A stretch of 63,259 bases of DNA, the filler included, from Choristocarpus tenellus KU-1152 (taxonomy: Eukaryota > Protista > Phaeophyceae), in NCBI GenBank assembly GCA_964200185.2. It is 12 parts of 12 records of this genome, joined end to end, with 100 filler letters (N's around TTAATTAATTAA, not from the genome) between each part and the next. Parts side by side here need not be neighbours in the genome. Positions count along the whole stretch, not along the records: positions 51,628 to 60,552 come from CAXNAD020004190.1; positions 60,653 to 63,259 come from CAXNAD020026328.1; 10 more parts are not named here. One strand, 5' to 3'. A program made the translations under genes and the position numbers. Below the pieces are notes generated by a model. It saw nothing but the letters and a program-made list of their open reading frames with translations. It was not told the DNA's origin and ran no database searches. Below, one piece after another: positions 54,235-63,259 of the stretch. How positions within the stretch are numbered: position 1 is the first letter of the stretch; each line of letters starts with the position of its first letter.

Positions 54235-55335
54235 ATGCCCCCAACAACCACACAGCGATATCGCAATGGTGAGCGAGTTCGAGCGCGACCCCAAGGTCTA
54301 CCATCGCTCTCTCCAGAGCGTCCTGAGGTCCGCGTGTTCAATGTCCACTCAACTCGTCTAGGTGGTACTGCCGTGGGAAAACAAAACATCAACGAGGAAG
54401 CAACGGCAAACCCCCCTTCTGTCCCTCACGCCAGTTTCTCCTCTTTTTTTAGTGAAACTGGCTGTGAGGAAAATGTAGGTGAAACGCATCACGGGAAGAG
54501 GAGGGCTATTTCGCGCGCACTACAGAACGGGGACCTTGACCCTTTCTTAGACATATTCTTTGGCACATCGGACGAGTTGAAGTTTGCTCACGCCAAGATA
54601 GAAGCAAGACGAAGGAGGGCTCAAAGTCTCGCGGTTAAGAAAGCTTCGAAAGAAATGGCTTGTAAAAATAAATTCCAATTTTACGAAGGAGTACAAAATA
54701 TCTGGGAGAAGGCACGGGCAGAGGGGATACCTCAACCACCAGTTGGAAGGTATGGTCCGATGCTTGATGAAAACGCTCCAATAGTCGTCACGACCTTTCC
54801 GGGTGCAACCAACGAATCATTTTTCCCTACGAGCACTTCGGGCCTCCCTTTCTTGGATCTAAGATCGGAGGGAAGTGGCGGAGAAAGGGGCATTGGTCAA
54901 GGTAAGGTTGGGCATAGGAATACAACATCGACACAAGGTAACCAACTTGATGAACAACAGAGCAACTATCAACATTTTCTTGATCTTCATTTCGCCGGAC
55001 ACTTCCTTCACCGCGTATCCCAAACATCGGGGAAGATTCCCCATGGATATACGACTGATGAAGTTGTCGTGAGTCCGGAAGAAGACGCAAGTGAGGAACA
55101 ACTCCGAATGCTCAGTCGCAATGTCTTGGTAGTGGAGACTGTGGAGAAGATGCAGAACCTGATGAAGGGTTTTTATTCCATGGTTCATGATATCGGTGGG
55201 CACCGTCCACTCATGGGACAGGAGCTCCGCAAAATCCATACACGCTTCGTAAATCTCTTCGAAGTCCTGCTGCAGGAGGTGCTAAGAATGCAGAGGGTGA
55301 AGTGGAAGGTGAGACTACAAAGGGGTATGGCATAG
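54235..55335 (+). CDS. Uncharacterised 366-aa ORF, probably a long first exon, divergent from COQ5
   Basis: Longest ORF in the window, ATG start, coding-like composition; candidate donors near the 3' end (e.g. AAG|GTGAGA at ~55308). Confidence 0.7.
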   Translation: MPPTTTQRYRNGERVRARPQGLPSLSPERPEVRVFNVHSTRLGGTAVGKQNINEEATANPPSVPHASFSSFFSETGCEENVGETHHGKRRAISRALQNGDLDPFLDIFFGTSDELKFAHAKIEARRRRAQSLAVKKASKEMACKNKFQFYEGVQNIWEKARAEGIPQPPVGRYGPMLDENAPIVVTTFPGATNESFFPTSTSGLPFLDLRSEGSGGERGIGQGKVGHRNTTSTQGNQLDEQQSNYQHFLDLHFAGHFLHRVSQTSGKIPHGYTTDEVVVSPEEDASEEQLRMLSRNVLVVETVEKMQNLMKGFYSMVHDIGGHRPLMGQELRKIHTRFVNLFEVLLQEVLRMQRVKWKVRLQRGMA

Positions 55336-55609
55336 ATTGAGCACAAAGTAAAAGAGGTTAAGGGAAAGCGAAGTATTGATTCCTTCAGCAATTTATTTTA
55401 ATTGAACAATGGTAATGAGGAAGCTCTTGCTCCTACCCATCTAGTCTTAGGCAAGTTATCACTGCAGCGCGAATTGTTGAAGTATTCCACACTGAACCCG
55501 CAGTTAAGATTACCAATTTTTTGTGCCTTGGTAGAGGATATATATGGGTTCGCATGAATAAATAATACTAGAGTTATAAGGGACTTGTAGTCAAAATTCA
55601 TTTGCTGGT

Positions 55610-55770
55610 CTCCTGGGGCTCATAATTCGTGGCTCCCAATACTTTCCTACTGTGTGGGGTGTGCAATTGTCTACACTAACTTGCTATCAATTACTCACTT
55701 ACTTCGAGTACTTGTCAGTATGACATGCATATTTAGAAAAAAATACCAATCACTATACACCAGTGATTCG
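55610..55770 (+). repeat. Dispersed repeat; second copy at ~59670-59697 plus 60371-60490, split by the solo LTR
   Basis: Shared TGCAATTGTCTACACT and CACTATACACCAGTGATTCG. Confidence 0.8.
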
Positions 55771-56979
55771 ATATACCTGGTACATCCACCATTGGCTCTC
55801 CACCCTATTATGTACTGCACCATTGGCATCTACAGTGTATCAGCAGCACTATCCACTAACACCCTCCATTGCTGCGCATACCCTATACGCCCAAGAAAAA
55901 CTACTTCTCCAACCCAAGAGAAAAACTTCTACTAGCACTCTCAAACAATGCTGCTGCGAATACACTCTAACATCCATGTTGATGTTGTGTCTGAATGGGT
56001 TTTGAAATCAGTCATTAATTTACTACTTTCCTATTGTAATCTCCGTGAAAACGTTCTTGGGGTCCTTCCTCCTGTAGGTCCTTGCCAATATCGTGATTCT
56101 TCTCCTACAATCAACGAAATCTCTCTCGAGTATCACTACATACAATCACTGGATGGAAAATAGTAGTTGCTATCAATATGGTGTTAGTTGTTGAAATCAG
56201 TCACCCATATGTCCTATTGCATCCTCGGGTGGAAAGATTATATTGTACTTTCTCCTGCAGGTCCTTGGCAATGAGTCAGACCATCTAAGAGGCAGGGTTG
56301 CATTTTAAGGATCCTGACAAAGGGCAAATAGATGTAATTTTGTACAATTGCAGAAGGAGCCTTTGCTGAATTGTGCTGCCACACTGTGAGTGGAAAGGGG
56401 GAATACCATTTTTACGTACACTATTGTGCACATAAAGCAATGAAATAGAATGATGGCTTAGAATGCAAAAGGATGCAAACCTATAGCAAGTCATTGGAAC
56501 AAAGTACTGTATTGACGCTGTCACTCCCTACCTATCCTAGCACAACCTCTACATAAACACTTCTTTGGTACTTTCTCCTACAGGTCCTTGGCAATAGCAT
56601 GTTACTTCTCCTGAAACACTCCAAGTGAATCTTTGGGAAAGAGTACAACTACCTCACCTACCATACACTGAAAATCTCCTTGGCTTAAATAGCTCTCCTA
56701 TCGAAATTCGGTCTGCACACTACACCACAGCTGTCGTGACTACTGCGGGCATGCTCTAAAATTCACAAGACAAACGGGAAAAAAAGTCATATCAATCAAG
56801 ATACTACCTCTGTGTCATAAGTCTATGCCGCGTTGTCCACAACATTTGGAGGTATTGATGAAATTCATTTCTGAAAGAAGATTTGGAATCCTTCACGAAT
56901 TTCTGGTTAGGGTCAGCTCTTGTTATCATTATTACTCCCCATCCATCACAATTTTATTAGCCAAAGAGAAAGTGTCCAT

Positions 56980-58242
56980 GTCTACCTTGACATGTTTTCA
57001 AGTTCACCAGACAACTGCCTCTTCCTTACCCCTGTGTGCTCCACACTGAAGTCATTCCCCCCTTTGTATCTAAGTACTTCATTGCACAACACAAAAAGGA
57101 GCTGCTAAGCCCTCTCAAGTGTGGTTTCATCATACTCCTCATACGTTTTCTTAATGACCTTCACCATCTCTTCCACGGACCCAAACTGCTTCCCCATCAC
57201 CCACCATTTCAAAGACCTGAAGAAGTACAGGTCCATGATATTGAGGTTGGGGGAGTTGGATGGCTGCGTCACAAGCCTACTCGACCACCCCTCAGTCTTC
57301 CCTGCGCCTGACAAGATTTATGAGTTGCCCTTGCCCATGTGGGAGGTGGCACCATCTTGCTGAACAACAATGTGCTTCCCCTGCAACCAAAGCATCTTGG
57401 TCTTGATCGCAGGCAGTAACTCCTCCGTGTACCACCTCATGTACCACAAATGGTCTAAAGTGCAGTCCTGTTCATACACATCCCCCTTTTTACGGTTCTT
57501 GCTTGTCCTGTCTGCCGTTTTTGGCTCACACACACGCCAAATACCAAGCTTTCCATCAAAGCTGTGAGCCGAATTTGGGCAGGTGTTGACTGCAATGATC
57601 ATGATTTTGGGGACATGATTCTTGTGCTGCGCAGTACGGGACCCGGGAAGGTCGCTATCATCCCCATGCGGACATACCCTAACCCTTTCCCCATCAGCCA
57701 TCACGTAAAACCAGGTTTAATCCACATGGATCGTGTTCACCATAGAGGCTTACATATCACGTTTCTGGTCCACTTGTTCGAAAACCAAGTCCATTCTCCA
57801 TACCTTTTGCCACGATTTAAGCTTGGATTTGATCCAGCTGTGATTCGGCATGGCCCCCATATCATCCAACCACCTGTTTATGGTGCTCATGCTATAATTC
57901 AGCCCCTGACGGCCATCTTCTTCATTGTCACCTGATCGGAGTTGATGCTATGTATTGTGGTCATCTTGGTCAGTGTGAGCTCTGAAGGCCGACCACTACG
58001 TGCCGCACCCCTTGGTCAAGCGTGTGTCCATGGACGAGCTGATCGGTGACGTCCTCCCAGAGCCCTCGCATATAACACTCCGACATTCCAAACTCCGCTG
58101 CGAGGGTCAGCCCAACATATCACGGCAGTTTATGCTCACTAGGGACCATCGCAAGGGCGTGCCACACTGCAAGCGCAATCCTGGTATTCAGGGCCACTTG
58201 GGTACCCTTCCTATGCGGGGGGGTCGACGGGGGGGTTGCCAT
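56980..58242 (-). mobile_element. Pseudogenised Tc1/mariner transposase of DD39D-like type
   Basis: IHVD*TWFY, KIMIIAV, FDGKLGIW, RTSKNR, VVQQDGATSH and QPSNSPNLNIMDLYFF motifs; stops and frameshifts; TIRs not found. Confidence 0.88.
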
Positions 58243-58512
58243 GCCAACATTCTCACCTTCGACGTGACCAGTTCTGCCCTCAAAGTCACCCCAAAAGACC
58301 CCTGCTTTGACAGCTTGAAGCACCTCGAGTTTGTACCTGATGATCCTCGACCCCCACCATTTCTGAAAGCTGAGATTGCCAACCCTTGTTCATTCTTGTG
58401 GGGTTATTGTCCGATTCGGCGCCGTTCTCGCTTGGCGAGCCCAGATGTTTCGCAGCACAAACTTATGGCTCAGAGGTAGTACAGAAGCAACAAATAGGAT
58501 GGAAGACAGTCG

Positions 58513-58691
58513 GGTTCAAAGTGTATGGGGGGGGGTGGCGGTTGCCGATTCAGGGCCCATTTTTGCATGTCACGAATTTTGGGTGATTTTGTTGCATGTG
58601 TTGAGTGGATAATGTAAGTGCACGTCTCTTGTCAGGGTCCGAATAGACACCCTGGTGTAGACTCCCCCCCCCCCCCAAGATATTTTGAGCC
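58513..58691 (+). mobile_element. MITE family B, complete but diverged
   Basis: GGTTCAAAGTGTATGGGGGGGG...CCCCCAAGATATTTTGAGCC; body matches 6350-6527; TSD unclear. Confidence 0.8.
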
Positions 58692-59697
58692 TCACAGGGC
58701 TAAATATTCTACTCCGGAGTACATCACTGAAATAAGAGGTTCTGATAAAGCCTTCCAACATTTCTATCCTTAAGCTGATGCCTTCCACCTGCTGCGATTC
58801 AGATTTATATGGGGGAGGGGGAGTTTCGGTAGATATCAGAATCGATCCCTGCGTAGCTCCCCTGCCAGAAGCTGTTCGTGTTCTCTCCCTGGGTCCCACA
58901 TTCAGGAGGCACTCACTCTCTTTGTGGCCTATCCCCATGCATCTGTCACCTCTTCCTTTCTGGCTATTGCCCTCTCTCAGTCTTGTGCATGCACTTGCGT
59001 GCTTTGCCTGATCAAGGTCGGGGTAGTCCTACTTTGTTTGGCTCTCTCTGTCACACGAGAAATAAACGACACAGTCCCTCCCTCGCCCCTTCCAGCCATA
59101 CTCCTTGGCCTCCCTACAATAACAGCATGATCACTTGGACTTTGTGATCCATGTCCACGATTGGAGGGGTTGGTACTGATGCAGCTGCCGCCCCATCTCC
59201 TGATGTACTATGGCTGCTGGAACACTACTTGTGCACTCTTGGTTGAACTTAGTGCAATTGAACTTGGCGGTTCAGGTGCCTGCCTTGAGTCCACGTCCAA
59301 ATCGAGCCTCCACAGATTATGTTAGGGTCACGGAATGCAAGGTCACAGCCACGGAACTCTAAGGGTGACCAAAGCCCGAAGTGTAAAACCGAAGAAATCC
59401 TCTCTCTACTTCCAGTGAACATGGGAGGTTGGTGACCTTAGTAGGGCTGGTGGTCGTATAGAATACACTGGTACTACTCATCACCCACCTTGTCACTCAG
59501 CACATCTCAGGAATATTTTGTTTGCAATAGTGTGTAGTAGTATTCCACGCTGGACCTACAGTTAAGGTTATCAATTGTGTGCCTTTGTAGAGGATAATAT
59601 GTGGGTTGGTGTGAATATATAATATTGGTGTTCTGAGGGGGTTGTGGTCTTAGTTCTTTTGAATGAACTCATGGGACTTACAACTGGTGGCACCCAT

Positions 59698-60365
59698 TGG
59701 TAAAACATCGGCTACTCGTTTTTTTTCTTGATACAATACATTGCCACCAGTCCATACTGACTGTTGATTGATCCGCTGTACTGGTCTTCACTTTCACTTG
59801 CAGACTAGCTCATCATCACAACACCATCATTATCTTCAGAACACCGTAGTTAATAGGAAGCATAAGAACAGTCGCTACCCATCACACACACAGGCATAAT
59901 ATACGTCACTGGAGTTACCTCAGATATTGATTCAAGATTGTTCTGTTGTTTCTTTGTTCTTCGTTTTTCCATTTCTTCTTCTTCTTAACAGCAGAAGACT
60001 CCAGTTGTATGTCAATTGTTGATTTTTGTTTTTCTTGATTGGCATTGCCCCCTCATAAGACACCAAGCTCACTCTGTGTTAAGTTTACCTGATGCACACC
60101 TGGATGCCCTATATTCAGAGTCAAAACATCCACAAAAACCCTTGTTCGCCAAGGCAACAAGCCTCTTCTTAGATCATGCAATTCTTCCTTTGAGTGTATC
60201 AAGAAAAAACCTCGAATTCACATCATCCATCTTCTTACTGAGAGCAAGTCATGACTTCAGTTTCAACAGAATAAATTCACCGGTGCTTTGCGGCACCATG
60301 ACGCCCCTTCATCACAAACTAGCCATTGCACACAAAAGCACGCTTCATCAATTCAGGTTTCAACA
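59698..60365 (+). mobile_element. Solo LTR, TSD CCCAT/CCCGT
   Basis: TG...CA ends; homologous along its length to 44479-45245; 5-bp TSD with one mismatch. Confidence 0.82.
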
Positions 60366-61504
60366 CCCGTTACTTTTCTTTAGTGTGGGGTTTGCAATTG
60401 TCTACACTTAGTATGAATCACTCGCTTACTTATCTTCAGTATGATATGCACATTTAGAAAATAACACTAACCACTATACACCAGTGATTCGGGGTCAAAG
60501 TATCTGGGGGGGGGGTGTCGGCATCCGTTTTTCACCTTTTTTTCGATTTTATNNNNNNNNNNNNNNNNNNNNNNNNNNNNNNNNNNNNNNNNNNNNTTAA
60601 TTAATTAANNNNNNNNNNNNNNNNNNNNNNNNNNNNNNNNNNNNNNNNNNNNAACAAACGCCAGCCAACCTACATCAGACACCCCCACCCCCCCCCCCCC
60701 CCCCCCCCCCCCCAGCCAAAGTATATCCACAGACATACAAGCCCGCCACAATCCCAGATATATTACCAATGGTAATGCGCACGAACCACAGTTCATGGCC
60801 ATGTACAGCGAGCAGGGGGCAACATCAAGAGCCGTAGGTTATATATATTTATTTATTTTTTGCACCTGTGTGAACCTCAAGTTCTGTGAGGTACTACATT
60901 GCAAGAAGCTCTGCGCAAGGGAGTCTAGCAGTGTGTGTCTGGTACTGTGTGGAGAACAGCAAGGAAATATGTCTTGTTTCAATTGGAAGTGGCGCTTTTT
61001 CACCCACAGATATCTAGTCTGTGCTATTGGATCTAAACGCGAGGGTGTGGCATCAGTATTGTTGAGTGAGATGCATCAACAACATTGGTAAAGGGCGGAG
61101 CGATATTGAACAAGAGATACACACAGTGGTTGCATTGTACATGGAGCCCTAGAAATGATAAAAAGAGAAGAAATGTCTCTTTTTGGACGTTAAAAAAAAA
61201 AGACATTTGCTCAAATCTTTGTGAAACATTGTCAGCATCTCTTCTGCAGTAACATCTTCATTTGCAGGGACCTCTAATGTCTACATTAAAAAAAAAAGAG
61301 GGTGTATTCCATCGGGGTAATAAAACAAGGGCATACAATGAAAAATGGCAAAAATATATCCACACCCTTCAGTAGAACTCACAGAGGAACTCCTTCCTGC
61401 CCAACCCCATGTTAACTCGCATCGTACTGATCATACATAACCCCTAACCCTAACCCACTAATTTATACTCACTGTAATGATGATTGTAAGACCCACTTCC
61501 ATCT

Positions 61505-61544
<40 letters not shown>

Positions 61545-61700
61545 ACCCCCCACAACACCCCCCCCACCCCACCCCCCCCACCCACCCACAACCAATACTA
61601 AAACTCTCCCTCTACCATCACAANNNNNNNNNNCTACTCAACACAAAAAACCCCCACCCCCCCCCCCCCCTTTTTTTTTCCTTTTATAATGTATTTGATA

Positions 61701-61740
<40 letters not shown>

Positions 61741-62284
61741 CCTGTCCCTGAGCAAAAAATAGGCACAAGTCATCTGTCACTGGCATTAACGGTACAACAT
61801 TCTGTTGTAATCTACTGGCTCTGCAAGAAAACTAAACCATGCAACCCTAACCCTAGCCCGATGTTCCCGTTCTATTGTCAAATAAAAAAAATACATTATG
61901 ACGTCATCACCACTCGAAATTACACATTAAAAAAAAAATTGTACCAGCGCCACACATGTTTCCGTCCCCACCAGTAACCGTTCTACTCTTAATAAAAAAA
62001 ACGTAACAAAAAACCACTCACATTTTATTTTATTCTTACAACTCCCTCCCTCCCTCCCTCCCCCCCCCCCCAACAAAAACAAACCTCCTTTTTTATTTTT
62101 TTTTTTTTTAAAAAAATTAACAAGGCGCCCCCTTACAGCAAAACAAATAGTATCATCTTTTTTTTTTCAAAACAACAAGCTTTTTATTTTATTTATAATA
62201 TTCATAATAATAATCATATTTTTTTCATGTGTGTGTGTGTATGTGTGTGTGTGTACGTTTACGTTTACTCACTGACTCACTCAC

Positions 62285-62404
62285 CTTCACCACCAAACAG
62301 ACTGCATGTGCAGCACGCCGCCCACTTGCATGCCTTCCTACAACGGTCCTCATATTCCTCCTCCAATGAAATCATATCGCCCGCCGGTCCTCCTCCCTCC
62401 CCAC
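62285..62404 (-). CDS. Orphan exon GGEGGGPAGDMISLEEEYEDRCRKACKWAACCTCSLFGGE; possibly a diacylglycerol lipase-like Cys-rich linker
   Basis: 120-nt open exon with GTGAGT donor; product guess is from recalled resemblance only. Confidence 0.45.
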
Positions 62405-63259
62405 CTTGGCAGGCGAATTCGAAAACGGTTTTAGGGAGGATGGGATGGGGGGATAGAAACGGGGTGACGTAGGCAGGTTTGGTAAATTAAAAAAAAGGTG
62501 CTGAACTCAAGCGACGAAAGAGGGGTGGGGAAGGGTTAGGGTTTAGTACTATATTCTGTGGGGTTGGAAATTTAGAGCACAAGGGCATATCTTTATTGGT
62601 AGGGGGGGGGGGGATATTATGGTACTACTGTAGGGCTGCCTGATTACACTTTTTTTTCTTTTTTCTTTAGAGGATGCAAGTTTCATGATCACAAATAAGC
62701 CGTCAGAAGTCATCAAAATGCGAATATATTTCAATAATGCATCATTTTGTAAGCCACATTGTGTTCCACAACATGTATTTTTTCAAATCAAGTAATTGAA
62801 TATCAACTGTATCATCACTGCAAATAAACTGTGAGTGGCGCTTGTTCTCCGTATGATGTAGCAGACTTTTCTCTCCCCCCCTCCACCCCACCCCCCCCAC
62901 CCCAATTTCACCCAAATATGTAGTCCTTCACACATCACTGCCAATGCCAAGTATTCCCTTCCATGACAAGAAAAAACTAAAAAGATCAACAGAAGATGAA
63001 GTGTAAATAAGTACAAACCTATAGAAAAAAATGACAATACTATGATACCATGATGGCACTTTCAGGTTTAGGATTAGGGTTTGTAGTACAGAATTCATCA
63101 CTCCGAGCAAAGCTAAAAGCAAGCGCATTGCAGACACGGCAACAACGATCACTTAAAAAAAAAGAAATAGAGTAGCACACGCCTCTTCAACGAAACCTTC
63201 GGCTACATACACCCCCCCATGTCTATACGGGTCAAAGTATCTGGGGGTGGTTTGTGAGG

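Noticed and set aside
4060-60652. Recurrent TTAATTAATTAA palindrome as a biological motif
   Set aside because: Always centred in N44 blocks; it is an assembly linker
61477-61740. Polyproline ORF
   Set aside because: Low-quality poly-C sequence around an N gap

Overview
Intron-rich, TE-dense eukaryotic draft sequence. It is not one contiguous locus: about 12 contigs are joined by 11 artificial 100-bp spacers (N44-TTAATTAATTAA-N44), so linkage across spacers cannot be trusted. GT-AG introns, TTAGGG repeats and the TE types suggest a stramenopile or brown-alga-like genome (inference). Host genes rebuilt by hand-splicing: the 3' end of an IQ-motif protein gene, the 5' five exons of a PLAA/Doa1-like WD40 gene, the 5' exons of COQ5, a divergent 366-aa ORF and several orphan exon sets. 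Mobile DNA: two Copia remnants, a Gypsy remnant, a solo-LTR family with 5-bp TSDs, a decayed DD39D-like (DD40D) mariner transposase, and two MITE families that share a 14-bp terminus and usually 4-bp TSDs. The most unusual items are (i) a spliced ParB-like-domain pseudogene interrupted by an inverted copy of its own upstream coding sequence and (ii) repeated appearance of TTAGGG telomeric hexamers inside otherwise conserved MITE sequence.
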